Assembly (NCBI GenBank): GCA_963668675.2
Contig: CAXXMB010000001.1
Span: 1,248,001-1,312,000 of the forward strand
From: an uncultured Desulfatitalea sp.
GTDB taxonomy: Bacteria > Desulfobacterota > Desulfobacteria > Desulfobacterales > Desulfosarcinaceae
Length of the DNA: 64,000 bases
Reading direction: 5' to 3'
Shown here: in pieces, positions 42,258 through 52,621 of the stretch
How positions within the stretch are numbered: the stretch's first letter is position 1
Layout of the letters: every line of letters begins with the position of its first letter
Translations under genes and position numbers: made by a program
Notes under the pieces: model-generated
What the model was told of the DNA's origin: nothing
Database searches by the model: none
What the model saw: only the letters and a program-made list of their open reading frames with translations

Positions 42258-43015
42258 CAGTACGAATTATAGATTAAGTGAATACCAATAAGGGTCAAAA
42301 GAAAGATGAAAATCTCCTTTAAAGCCCGATCGTTGATCCTTTCGGCCAAGCGAGGACCAACTTGGCCGCCGAGGATAACACCGGGGATGGCCCATACGAT
42401 TATGGATAGATCCGCCTTGGCGCCAACCCACAAATGAAATAGAGCGCCAATTATACACACTCCAAATATGGTCGTGATGCTGGTGGCGACAGCAACGCCC
42501 ATGCGCAACGACATCTTTTTGCGCATCAAGGGCACCACCCATTCACCGATGCTGACACTGAGCATTCCACTTGCGATGGCCATCAGGCTCACCACCCATC
42601 CGTATCTTCCGGCGCTTTTCACATTGACTCTGTCTAAACCGGAATCTGCGTAATTTTGGTTGCCGGAAACAAAAATAAGCGCCGTCAACAGCGTCAATAT
42701 CCCGAGTATCAACTCCAGATGAGTAGGAGCTATGATCCGTGTCAGCCAGGTCCCGATGGCGATCCCCGGCAGTGTCAGCAGAAGCAGCAGCCCCGCTAAA
42801 GGCATATCGATTTGTCTCTGCCGCCAATAGGCCAACGCACCCGACCCCATGCCTGCCGTTTGAATTATCAAACTGGTTAAAACCGCCGTACCTGGACTCA
42901 ATTCAAGAAAAATCAATAAGAAAGGCATCCACAGGATTCCCCCGCCAATGCCTACCGTAGAAGAGACCATGGCGATGAGGATACCAACAGGGAATGAGAG
43001 CCAACTATCCGTCAT
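42257..43015 (-). CDS. TauE/SafE (TSUP) family membrane protein
   Basis: GIGGG..W.P motif, repeated 'A(V)xTS' and about 8 TM helices. Confidence 0.85.
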   Translation of the reverse strand: MTDSWLSFPVGILIAMVSSTVGIGGGILWMPFLLIFLELSPGTAVLTSLIIQTAGMGSGALAYWRQRQIDMPLAGLLLLLTLPGIAIGTWLTRIIAPTHLELILGILTLLTALIFVSGNQNYADSGLDRVNVKSAGRYGWVVSLMAIASGMLSVSIGEWVVPLMRKKMSLRMGVAVATSITTIFGVCIIGALFHLWVGAKADLSIIVWAIPGVILGGQVGPRLAERINDRALKEIFIFLLTLIGIHLIYNSY

Positions 43016-43637
43016 GATGGTTTCTGTCCACCGAATAGAAGTTAAAATAGGCGATCACCTCTTCGAGCATGGCAAGATCTTCCCGGATTTTTTCGACCGC
43101 AACCTTCATCTGCAGGGTCTTCTCTTCGGTTAGCGGTTCTTCGTCCAAATACCCGATCACCTCCTGAATATAGCGCTTTCCCCCAGCGCACGTGCGTTGC
43201 GACAACAGAATGATCTCCTGAAGGTTGCTCGCCATCTCATTGATAACATTGCCAAGATCGGCCAGCTCATTGTTGGCGTCGATACGAATGGTCTGACTTA
43301 GATCTCCAGATGATATTTTTTCGGACAACTGAATCATATGCTGCAGCGGCTCGGTAATGTTCTTGATGAACATCGTCAGCACGATAATCATCACCAGCAT
43401 GATAATGGCGACCATCAGCATCGCCTTGCTTCGCATCCGATCGATCGGAGCAAAAATGGCCTCCTGATTAACTTCGGCTTTGCCGTACGTCTGAATGTTT
43501 GCCCATATCTCCTCTTTCAGTGATCCACTCTGAAAGTCCGCCATAAATTCTACACCCACCAGGACAGAGGCGAATCCAATGAGCAAAAAGTAGATGATCA
43601 TGGTCCGTTGAAGACTATATCTGGATTTGGCGTTCAT
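43005..43637 (-). CDS. Two-TM HAMP-domain protein lacking an output domain
   Basis: TM-short loop-TM, then HAMP 'ITEPL..M...EKISSGDLS......NELADLG..INEM..NL' and only ~60 aa of helix. Confidence 0.75.
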   Translation of the reverse strand: MNAKSRYSLQRTMIIYFLLIGFASVLVGVEFMADFQSGSLKEEIWANIQTYGKAEVNQEAIFAPIDRMRSKAMLMVAIIMLVMIIVLTMFIKNITEPLQHMIQLSEKISSGDLSQTIRIDANNELADLGNVINEMASNLQEIILLSQRTCAGGKRYIQEVIGYLDEEPLTEEKTLQMKVAVEKIREDLAMLEEVIAYFNFYSVDRNHHDG

Positions 43638-43863
43638 CCTGCTAACCCTTCCAGAGGCACCGTCACAAAAGTAAAGGTCTTGATACTGAAAAATCAGAAT
43701 TCAGATAGTATGGACCGGTATCAATGTGTGGTGAGCCGCAGATAAAAACGGCTCGAACAATCGGAGCACCTGCGGTGTTTTAACAACAACCGATGATAGC
43801 ACCAATCGCCTACGGGAGGCCGCTTTTTAACCGGAGGCATATAAGGGCTCGGGCTGTTGCCCA

Positions 43864-44805
43864 TCATTGGCTATTGGAAAGTTGGCTGAGAATCTCTTTG
43901 GCCACACTAAGGTATTGCTGCCCTGCAACACTCTCTTTGTTATATTCCAATACCGGCATGCTCATTATCTGCGCTTCACGTACGCGCGGATCCATCTCGA
44001 TCATTGTGTCGAAGGTGATGCCGGCATACATGCGCTTGAGTTTGTTGCATATCATCTTCGAAGCCGTGCTCTGTTTATCAAACATCGTAATGAGCACACG
44101 TGGCTTGATCGATGGATTGGTTTTTGCCTTGATCAACTGAATCAGTCTGAGGATTTGATCGATCCCATGGGTGGACAGATAGTCGCACTGACTTGGAATC
44201 ACAATCAGATGGGATGCTGTCAGTGCGTTCAGCGTAAAAAACTCTATTGACGGTGGTGTGTCGATGAGGATGAAATCAAAGCGATCCTTTATCGATAACA
44301 GGCGATCCTTCAGAATAAATTCGAAGTTGCGAGCGCCGAAGTACTTTTTGTTGAGCAGCACCATGTTCTTGTTGGATGGAATCAGATAGAGATTGTCATA
44401 CTTGGTTTTGACAATCAATTTTTCCAGACTTTGCGAATCGCCATTGAGCAATTCATAAAATGATGTCGTCTCCTTATACCCCAAAGAGATGGTCAGGTTG
44501 GCCTGCACGTCGAAGTCGATGAGGAGTACACGCTTGTTTTGAAGCGCCAGAGAGAGACCTAAATTCAAACAGGTGGATGTCTTGGCCACCCCCCCTTTCT
44601 GGTTGCTGATCGCCACAATATTATCGTGGTCGGTTCGCGTTTTTGATGCGGCCAGATCTAAGAAGGAGATTTCCTCTACCCGAACTGGTCTGTAGGCTGT
44701 AAATATATGTTGGCATTTTGTACAGCGCGCAATAAAGTTGGGCTCTTGTACAACGCGATCCTGCAAATCATACTGGGTGTGACAACTGGGACAGACAACA
44801 ATCAT
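43864..44805 (-). CDS. ParA/Soj-family ATPase with N-terminal MJ0042-type zinc ribbon
   Basis: CPSC...CTKC N-terminus; NQKGGVAKT, IDFDVQANLT and IDTPPS. Confidence 0.88.
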   Translation of the reverse strand: MIVVCPSCHTQYDLQDRVVQEPNFIARCTKCQHIFTAYRPVRVEEISFLDLAASKTRTDHDNIVAISNQKGGVAKTSTCLNLGLSLALQNKRVLLIDFDVQANLTISLGYKETTSFYELLNGDSQSLEKLIVKTKYDNLYLIPSNKNMVLLNKKYFGARNFEFILKDRLLSIKDRFDFILIDTPPSIEFFTLNALTASHLIVIPSQCDYLSTHGIDQILRLIQLIKAKTNPSIKPRVLITMFDKQSTASKMICNKLKRMYAGITFDTMIEMDPRVREAQIMSMPVLEYNKESVAGQQYLSVAKEILSQLSNSQ

Positions 44806-44829
44806 TGAAGGGCCCCCCTTGGCAGTCGA

Positions 44830-45867
44830 TTAAGAAATACTGGCCTCTATAGCACCGGGCAACTGAACTTCGTTTACAATCTTGCTCACGGTCCCTCTCT
44901 CTATCGCATGTTGCGTCAGGTTGGGATAGACGCAACATTGGGAATCTTGAGCAATGGTACTCCCGTATAACTCCCGAATACGGGCAAATCCGTCCGCGCC
45001 ATCATCTCCCACCCCGGTGAGCAGGACTCCGATGGCATTCTGCTGAAACACTTCGGCAGTAGAGCGAAAGAGTGCATTCAAGGGTTGCTCCACCGCATCT
45101 TCGATACGGATACATGGCTGGTCGCTCTCATTTCGGTCGATGTACATGGACTGTTCATTGGAGCAGACATAGCAAACGCCCTGCTCAATGATCCTTCCAT
45201 CTTCTGCGGCTTCGATGGTCCAAGGAACATGTTCGTTAAACTTCTTTACAAATGCCGGTAAGATCTGAGGCGCAATCTCCTGAACCACCACCATTGCCGC
45301 CGGCAGGGTCGGCGATAATCTTGTCAGCAACCGTATTACGGTATTGGGGCCGCTCAGGCTGGTCCCCAAAGCGATTAAGTAGTCGAGTGGATGAAATCCA
45401 TACTGGACCGACAAATTCTCGTCTTGGGAGTCTGAATGCATACTGACGCGGCGTATATTTTCGAAATTGACACTGCTGGCGATTTTGACCCGATCAATGA
45501 TTTTACGGCGGGAGCGATCCATATCTTCCGAGATGCCACCTGACGGTTTGGGCACAAAATCAACGACGCCCAACCGCAATGCTTCAAAGGTGACGCCACC
45601 GTCGCTGAACAGCGAGCTGAGCACCACGACAGGGACTGGCGATTCAATCATGATATGGCGAATGGCGGATAGACCATCCATGCGCGGCATATCAATGTCG
45701 AGGGTAACCACATCCGGCTTCAGGTCCTTGATCTTATCCAGTCCGTCCAGTCCGTCCCTGGCCGTTCCGACAACGTCTAATTTGTCGTCAGTTTGAAGGA
45801 TTTCCGATATGGCCTTGCGCATAAACAAGGCATCATCGACGATGAGCACTTTGATTGGTTCATCCAT
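44830..45867 (-). CDS. CheB-like protein (REC plus methylesterase fold), catalytic His replaced
   Basis: REC (VDD, TLDIDMP, FVPKP); GTSLSGP, VQEIAP in place of VQHMP, LTGVGDDG. Confidence 0.85.
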   Translation of the reverse strand: MDEPIKVLIVDDALFMRKAISEILQTDDKLDVVGTARDGLDGLDKIKDLKPDVVTLDIDMPRMDGLSAIRHIMIESPVPVVVLSSLFSDGGVTFEALRLGVVDFVPKPSGGISEDMDRSRRKIIDRVKIASSVNFENIRRVSMHSDSQDENLSVQYGFHPLDYLIALGTSLSGPNTVIRLLTRLSPTLPAAMVVVQEIAPQILPAFVKKFNEHVPWTIEAAEDGRIIEQGVCYVCSNEQSMYIDRNESDQPCIRIEDAVEQPLNALFRSTAEVFQQNAIGVLLTGVGDDGADGFARIRELYGSTIAQDSQCCVYPNLTQHAIERGTVSKIVNEVQLPGAIEASIS

Positions 45868-45991
45868 GGAATACTCTCATTCTTTTCACCCGGCAGCACG
45901 GGCTGTAAATTGGGTAATGCACTGGCCACTAAAAAGCTCATGCCCTGAAACAAGTGGAACGGCGGCACAAGCTGCGATGTCGTCTATAACC

Positions 45992-47425
45992 TTACGAGCA
46001 GTAACGTTTGATAACATTCCCGATGTCTTTTGGTTTGAATATCTCCGTAACCAGATCTTGCTCTATCACAGGTGCGATCGTCGCCGGCAAAATACACTTC
46101 TCAAGCTGGGGTGCAATCACCTGGCCGCCAGCTTCCCGTATTTTTCGCAACCCCTCCATGGTGCCGACTTCACACCCGGAAAACAGTACAATAGTGATGC
46201 GGTCCATATAAAGTTCGGCGGCCGCACCGAGCAGAAGATCGAAATTGTTGGGCCCATTCTCCTTGCTGTTAGTTTTTGCGTCCTGGAACGCCCAAACGGC
46301 TTCATCCAAACCGATCTTAATGGCCCGTTCGCTGGTGCCGACATAGCATCGTCCCGAGCACATGGCGACACCGGTCGCATAGGGCATCACTTCGAAGCGG
46401 CTGCGCGTATTTAAATACTCCGATAGCGTAGGTGCAAAAGGTGGCGGTATCGATTGCAACGAAAGCACACAGGCCAATGGATCCGCTGGTAAGGACGTGA
46501 TCATATTGACCATTTCGAGGTGGCCGCCGACACCGGAAATGGCAATGACTAGCTTTTCGCAAAGGGCTTTTTCGTTTACCTTCAGATAGTCAGCCGGCGT
46601 CAGCTTCGGGGGACGCAGCCTTTGGAACCGTTTGATATTCGCCTTCACCGCCAGTTGAACCCGATCCACCATTCGCTGCTGCTGTTGAACGATGTTGCTG
46701 TTTTTTACAGGCTTGCTCATGAAATCAACCGCACCAAGATTTAAAAAGGACAGAATGGTGGCATGGGACGAGGGCCCCAGGTTGCTCATAATAAGCACCG
46801 GACAGGGACTCTCGATCATAATATGCTTTAGTGCGGTACTTCCATCCATCACCGGCATGTTGACATCCATGGTGATAAGATCTGGAGAAAGCTCTTTCAT
46901 CTGGGACAGCGCCTCTTCTCCATTTTTTGCATTGCCGACCACCTCAATTCCTGGATCGGCAGACAACATGCTGTTGAGAATCTTCGACATGATGGCACTG
47001 TCATCGACGATCAGCACCCGCAGTTTCTCATCTGGATGCACATCGGTACCGGGACCTTGTTGGGTCTCGGTTTGTGCCAGCTCATCCGCCATGCGCGCTG
47101 CTTCCATCAACAGAAACTGGTATGGCTCTTTTATCGTCCTGGAAGGGATCTTGGATGCATCCAAGGTTTCAAACTGACCACTGGGCCACCCTAATATCGT
47201 AAAAAAAGCTTTGACACCGGAGATATTGCCGCACTCAGCATGAACGATATCACCGTCCTGGATGTATATGTTGCCTTGATTCTGATCCTGACTCACGCGA
47301 ACGCAAATGCTGGTACCAGCCAGGCAACACATCTGAATAATGTCGGTCAGTTGTATATTGCGAAGCGTCCCGGCAAAACCACTGCTGCTGTGTTCTTCAG
47401 TATGATTTTTCGAATAGTCGGTCAT
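45992..47425 (-). CDS. DUF4388-REC-degenerate CheB fusion protein
   Basis: DUF4388-like 'FAGTLRNIQLTDIIQM...G.IYIQDGDIVHA...W.SGQF...LLMEA.R..DE'; REC; CheB-like C-terminus lacking the triad. Confidence 0.8.
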   Translation of the reverse strand: MTDYSKNHTEEHSSSGFAGTLRNIQLTDIIQMCCLAGTSICVRVSQDQNQGNIYIQDGDIVHAECGNISGVKAFFTILGWPSGQFETLDASKIPSRTIKEPYQFLLMEAARMADELAQTETQQGPGTDVHPDEKLRVLIVDDSAIMSKILNSMLSADPGIEVVGNAKNGEEALSQMKELSPDLITMDVNMPVMDGSTALKHIMIESPCPVLIMSNLGPSSHATILSFLNLGAVDFMSKPVKNSNIVQQQQRMVDRVQLAVKANIKRFQRLRPPKLTPADYLKVNEKALCEKLVIAISGVGGHLEMVNMITSLPADPLACVLSLQSIPPPFAPTLSEYLNTRSRFEVMPYATGVAMCSGRCYVGTSERAIKIGLDEAVWAFQDAKTNSKENGPNNFDLLLGAAAELYMDRITIVLFSGCEVGTMEGLRKIREAGGQVIAPQLEKCILPATIAPVIEQDLVTEIFKPKDIGNVIKRYCS

Positions 47426-47576
47426 AAGAGCAACAAGTTCCGTTCTATCAGGCTTCGATCATAGGGCCGATGTGCAACGGCTCGACCTCAAATTAGACGC
47501 TCACCTCAACGCCTTTACACTTTTTATCACCGGCTGTCCGTTCTCCAATGTGCCTACAGACAACGACTTTTCCCCG

Positions 47577-50500
47577 CTATAGGACAGACGACGCCTTCTT
47601 TTTCCTGGCATGCAGATCGACAGCCATATACACCAGGTCTGAAACGTCCAATATCAGGGAGATATTTCCATCGCCCAATATGGTGGCACCTGAAAATCCA
47701 CTCTTCTCCTGCAAATAGTCCTCTAACGGTTTGATCACTACCTCTTCACGTCCTTTGAGCTGATCGACAACTAGCCCTACCTGGCGTGTTCCTGTATTCA
47801 CGACCACCACAAACAGCTCTTCACCGTTGGGATCTTCAGACGGCATCTTGAACAGTTCGGCCAAGCGGATCAAGGGCAGTGTTGTCTCTCTCAGATAATA
47901 GACTTCCATGCCTTCAATCGTAGAGATCTCGTTTCGGTGGATACGAATCGTTTCATCCACGGTTGAAAGCGGAATGGTGAAGGTCTCATCACAGACGCGC
48001 ACCATTAGGGCCTGAATGATGGCAAGGGTGAGCGGGATCTTAATCTTGAAGAGCGCGCCTCTTCCCGGGCGCCCCTCTATCTCGAGTGTACCGTTCAACT
48101 TTTCGATATTGTCTTTGACCACATCCATTCCCACGCCGCGTCCTGAGGTGTGCGTGACCTCATCGGCTGTGGAAAAACCGGGCTGGGTGATAAGTGCGAT
48201 CATCTCCTCATCGCTCATCCTCTCGGCAGCCTCGGGGTCGATGAATCCCTTGCTCAACGCTTTGGCACGAATCAGGGCGGCGTCGATTCCCCTGCCGTCG
48301 TCGCTCACCTCAATGACCACGTAGTTGCCCTCATGATACGCTTCGAGACGCAATATGCCTGTTTCACCCTTGCCCTTGCGCTGACGCTCCCCTGTCGTTT
48401 CAACCCCATGGTCCACTGCATTTCGGATAATGTGAATCAACGGATCGGATATCTGTTCAATGACCATTCGATCCAGCTCGGTCTCCTCTCCGCGAATATC
48501 CAGTTCGACCTTCTTGTCGGTGTTTCGTACCAGGTCGTAGACAACCCGTGGGTAGCGGCTGAAAAGCTGGGCAATGGGCAGCATCCTGACCCCCATAACA
48601 TTTTCCTGTAGCTCGGAGGTTACCCTTCCCAAGGATACGGTCGCTTCGTTGATCCGATTGATCAAATCCTTGACCAGTTGAGACTCCTTGCTGTCCAGCT
48701 TTTGGGCTTGTTTGAGCATCAACTGAAGTTCACGCATTTCAATAAATAGCTGGTTGAAACCGGCACGGGTGACGACCAGCTCACCCACCTGGTTCATCAA
48801 GGTGTCGATCTTTCCGGCGTCGACGCGAATGCTCTGTTTCGTCACCCGTTCACGAAATCTATCGGATTGGCGCCGGCCTAAAGCCGACGGCGAGCGATGC
48901 TCCTCCGCCGCCGCATAGGCCTGCATTCCGGGTGTCGGAGGTTCGGCCGCAGGCACCAATGGTCTGGGTGGCTTCGGAGTCGGCGCGGGCCTGACAGGTG
49001 AAGCATCCGAAAATAACAATCCTTCGATGGTATTTTCTTCAACTGGCTCCCCCTCATCGGGTGCTGCACCGACCTCCGTCGCGAAGGATGGGTTCAAGTT
49101 TGCGGTCGTATCTTCGGATTTTTCATCGGAGAAGAGCTCCTTCACGACGTCAAGATCGGAATCTACAGTGAAGTCGCTATTCACGTTGACATCAAATCGG
49201 GCATCAAAGGCATTTTCCAGGCGAGACAACAGGCTCTGGTCGTCGATAATCTCCTCTTCGTAGGTGTCGATCATCGGTGCCACATCGGCGTCAGCCGCCA
49301 CTTCCGGCACATCAACCGGGCTCTCATCGAAAACCGATTCTGGCTCGGCCTGCGGGGCCGGTTCCGGGTGCACGAACTCGTCCCCGGTTTCGGCGGTTGA
49401 TATCTCCGCTGCTTCAACGGTGTCAACGGAGAGCGTCTCTGGTGGGAGGTCAAACAGATCGCATACGTAATTCAGATTGCCGGCCATCACGCTGTCATTC
49501 CAGGCCTCCATATCTAGCAGCTCCCCGTCATTGACACGAGATGCCATGGCGCCGACCTCATCTATCCACTCGTCGTAGAATGATTTAAGGTCATCGTACT
49601 CCATGTAGTTTGCCGACGATCTCAGACGCGACAGCCGATCTTTGCATTGCGAAAGGATATCCACCGAAGCATCGGAAGAGCGCTTCAGCCGCTCTGCGGC
49701 CTGGCTCAACTCGGTTATGCCCTCCTTGAGCTGCGTCTTAAAGATGGCAAACAGCTCCTGGTCGTAGGTCTCTTCATAACGCACAGAGGGCGCAGCTTTC
49801 TCGGTGTTTTCAGTCACGCCATGGTCCTTCGGCAGTGTCTTTTCCACTTCCGGTGCAGTATGGCTGTCGATCAGCGAAACAAGGTCCTCTATGGCCGCTT
49901 GCTCGGTCTGGTTTTCAGCAATCTCTGCCACCAGCTGATTGATTCGGTCACGCCCTTCCATCAAGGTGTCTATGATGCCACGATCGGCTTGGAGCGTCTC
50001 ATGCCGCAATAGATCCAACAAGTTTTCCAGTTTGTGCGACAACTCGGCAATGCGCAGCATCCCCAGATATTCCGAAGAGCCCTTGATGGTATGTATCGAC
50101 CGGAACAGTTCATTGAGCACCTCTATACTGTCCGGCTCTTTCTCTAAAAGCATCAGATGGTGTTCGATCTCATCCAGATGCTCACTGGCCTCTTCGATGA
50201 AGTCATCCAGCAGGCTATCATCGACCTCTGGCATCATCGCTTCCGGTTCATCGAGGGCCTTGGCCTCAGATATGGGCTCAGATTGATCTGCATCTTCCGA
50301 CCCATCCCCATCGACCGCCGGGAGGCGATCTTCCAAGGTCATCTCCTGAATGGCCGCAACCTTGGAAAAATAGCTTTTAATCCGATCGATGTTGGCCGAC
50401 GTCACCTCTTTGGCAAACGTCTCCCAATTGCAATCCTCTCCGGCAGATACCGCCCCGCGCCACTCTGTCACCGTCTGAGACCACTGCTCGTATATCTGTT

Positions 50501-52133
50501 TGAGCTTGTCGTAGCCCATGTAGTTGGACGAAGAGCTCAGCGTGCCTATCCGATCCTCGTATCGGTCCAGTGCCGCGTCGGCAGGCTCGCCACCTACCAG
50601 CTTGGCGCTTTCATCCAGCAGCGCCTGCAGTCCGTCTCGAAGTTGATCGACAAATATCCCGAACAACTCATCATCGTATTCATCTTCGAACGCCTCGCTC
50701 TCACCATCGGCACCCGCCTCAATTTCAACCTCTTCGGCCGATACCGGAGCCATGTCTCCGGTCAGGGATTCTATGCGAATGACCAGATCGTCGATCTCGG
50801 CACGCTCGGCCTCATGCTGGGACAGATCGTCCAGCAACTGGCCGATACGATCGTTGGTGCCGATCAGCAGATCAATCACCGAGCTGTCCACCTCACGCTC
50901 GCCACGCCGAAGCAGGTCCAACAAGCTCTCAAGCTTGTGAGACAACTCGGCGACACGCTCCAGCCCCAAATACTCCGAAGAGCCTTTTATCGTATGGATC
51001 GATCGAAAAATATCGTTGAGCACATCGGCATCACCGGGCTGCTGCTCCAACCTCAGCAAATTGCGCTCGGTCTCCTCCAAATGCTCTCCTGCCTCGATGA
51101 TGAAATCCTGCAATAAGGAGTTGTCGATCTTCTCCTCTTTGGAGCCCGGTTGATCCTCTTGCTCTGAGAAAAGCTGCAACTCCGGTGCACCTGAGTTTTT
51201 CTCCTCCTGGGCGCCCTCTTTCTCATCAGTCAGCAGCTCCATGCCGATATCATCGAATCCCAAATCTCTTTTTTGATCGGTTTCCCCTCTGCCCGTTCCC
51301 CGATCTGTCGCTTCAGGTGCCGGGAGGCGATCTTCCAAGGTCATCTCCTGAATGGCCGCAACCTTGGAAAAATAGCTTTTAATCCGATCGATGTTGGCCG
51401 ACGTCACCTCTTTGGCAAACGTCTCCCAATTGCAATCCTCTCCGGCAGATACCGCCCCGCGCCACTCTGTCACCGTCTGAGACCACTGCTCGTATATCTG
51501 TTTGAGCTTGTCGTAGCCCATGTAGTTGGACGAAGAGCTCAGCGTGCCTATCCGATCCTCGTATCGGTCCAGTGCCGCGTCGGCAGGCTCGCCACCTACC
51601 AGCTTGGCGCTTTCATCCAGCAGCGCCTGCAGTCCGTCTCGAAGTTGATCGACAAATATCCCGAACAACTCATCATCGTATTCATCTTCGAACGCCTCGC
51701 TCTCACCATCGGCACCCGCCTCAATTTCAACCTCTTCGGCCGATACCGGAGCCATGTCTCCGGTCAGGGATTCTATGCGAATGACCAGATCGTCGATCTC
51801 GGCACGCTCGGCCTCATGCTGGGACAGATCGTCCAGCAACTGGCCGATACGATCGTTGGTGCCGATCAGCAGATCAATCACCGAGCTGTCCACCTCACGC
51901 TCGCCACGCCGAAGCAGGTCCAACAAGCTCTCAAGCTTGTGAGACAACTCGGCGACACGCTCCAGCCCCAAATACTCCGAAGAGCCTTTTATCGTATGGA
52001 TCGATCGAAAAATATCGTTGAGCACATCGGCATCACCGGGCTGCTGCTCCAACCTCAGCAAATTGCGCTCGGTCTCCTCCAAATGCTCTCCTGCCTCGAT
52101 GATGAAATCCTGCAATAAGGAGTTGTCGCTCAT
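47577..52133 (-). CDS. cheA: Chemotaxis-type histidine kinase CheA with multiple Hpt domains
   Basis: Three 'FRSIHTIKGSS' Hpt domains, SIRVD dimerisation, HIIRNAVDHG, DDGRGID, GFSTA..SGRGVGMD and C-terminal CheW domain; AAGGAG before ATG 52133. Confidence 0.95.
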   Translation of the reverse strand: MSDNSLLQDFIIEAGEHLEETERNLLRLEQQPGDADVLNDIFRSIHTIKGSSEYLGLERVAELSHKLESLLDLLRRGEREVDSSVIDLLIGTNDRIGQLLDDLSQHEAERAEIDDLVIRIESLTGDMAPVSAEEVEIEAGADGESEAFEDEYDDELFGIFVDQLRDGLQALLDESAKLVGGEPADAALDRYEDRIGTLSSSSNYMGYDKLKQIYEQWSQTVTEWRGAVSAGEDCNWETFAKEVTSANIDRIKSYFSKVAAIQEMTLEDRLPAPEATDRGTGRGETDQKRDLGFDDIGMELLTDEKEGAQEEKNSGAPELQLFSEQEDQPGSKEEKIDNSLLQDFIIEAGEHLEETERNLLRLEQQPGDADVLNDIFRSIHTIKGSSEYLGLERVAELSHKLESLLDLLRRGEREVDSSVIDLLIGTNDRIGQLLDDLSQHEAERAEIDDLVIRIESLTGDMAPVSAEEVEIEAGADGESEAFEDEYDDELFGIFVDQLRDGLQALLDESAKLVGGEPADAALDRYEDRIGTLSSSSNYMGYDKLKQIYEQWSQTVTEWRGAVSAGEDCNWETFAKEVTSANIDRIKSYFSKVAAIQEMTLEDRLPAVDGDGSEDADQSEPISEAKALDEPEAMMPEVDDSLLDDFIEEASEHLDEIEHHLMLLEKEPDSIEVLNELFRSIHTIKGSSEYLGMLRIAELSHKLENLLDLLRHETLQADRGIIDTLMEGRDRINQLVAEIAENQTEQAAIEDLVSLIDSHTAPEVEKTLPKDHGVTENTEKAAPSVRYEETYDQELFAIFKTQLKEGITELSQAAERLKRSSDASVDILSQCKDRLSRLRSSANYMEYDDLKSFYDEWIDEVGAMASRVNDGELLDMEAWNDSVMAGNLNYVCDLFDLPPETLSVDTVEAAEISTAETGDEFVHPEPAPQAEPESVFDESPVDVPEVAADADVAPMIDTYEEEIIDDQSLLSRLENAFDARFDVNVNSDFTVDSDLDVVKELFSDEKSEDTTANLNPSFATEVGAAPDEGEPVEENTIEGLLFSDASPVRPAPTPKPPRPLVPAAEPPTPGMQAYAAAEEHRSPSALGRRQSDRFRERVTKQSIRVDAGKIDTLMNQVGELVVTRAGFNQLFIEMRELQLMLKQAQKLDSKESQLVKDLINRINEATVSLGRVTSELQENVMGVRMLPIAQLFSRYPRVVYDLVRNTDKKVELDIRGEETELDRMVIEQISDPLIHIIRNAVDHGVETTGERQRKGKGETGILRLEAYHEGNYVVIEVSDDGRGIDAALIRAKALSKGFIDPEAAERMSDEEMIALITQPGFSTADEVTHTSGRGVGMDVVKDNIEKLNGTLEIEGRPGRGALFKIKIPLTLAIIQALMVRVCDETFTIPLSTVDETIRIHRNEISTIEGMEVYYLRETTLPLIRLAELFKMPSEDPNGEELFVVVVNTGTRQVGLVVDQLKGREEVVIKPLEDYLQEKSGFSGATILGDGNISLILDVSDLVYMAVDLHARKKKASSVL
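50317..51126. repeat. 810-bp direct repeat within cheA (copy A)
   Basis: Matches 51319-52128 at offset 1002; translated and shadow ORFs are identical. Confidence 0.93.
51319..52128. repeat. 810-bp direct repeat within cheA (copy B)
   Basis: Same boundaries (GCCGGGAGGCG...GAGTTGTCG) as 50317-51126. Confidence 0.93.
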
Positions 52134-52240
52134 ACGGATCTCCTTTTCATGGGCGCACGTCACAATGTGTAAGTTCAATCATCAAGCTCACTTCAGCCTG
52201 AATTTCTGTTTCATTTCCGCTGGAACCGCTTCGGCACATC

Positions 52241-52594
52241 TCAAATACTCTCGATCAAATCCACTATGGCTTTTGCGTTGTGCTTATTCACATACCCGAC
52301 AGCCCCTAACCGCTTGGCGTCTCGGCTGTATTTGTCCTCATCCAGATTGGATAAAAAAATAATTCTCGCCTCGGGATCAACACTCAGAATCTCTTTTGCC
52401 GCCTCGAAACCGTCCATATCGCGCATGGTGATGTCCATTGTAACGATATCGGGCCTCAAGCTTTTGTACATCTCCACGGCATCTTTTCCATTTTTGGCTT
52501 CCCCAGCCACCGTGTGGTGTTGATCACGCAAGGTCTGTTTGATCATTTTGCGCATGATCGAAGAGTCATCGACAACCAGTATCTTCTTGCCCAT
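52241..52594 (-). CDS. Single-domain response regulator (CheY-like)
   Basis: VVDD, TMDITM phospho-Asp and conserved Lys (VNK); between cheW and cheA. Confidence 0.88.
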   Translation of the reverse strand: MGKKILVVDDSSIMRKMIKQTLRDQHHTVAGEAKNGKDAVEMYKSLRPDIVTMDITMRDMDGFEAAKEILSVDPEARIIFLSNLDEDKYSRDAKRLGAVGYVNKHNAKAIVDLIESI

Positions 52595-52621
52595 GAATTT
52601 TCACCCTATCCATAATCCTGA

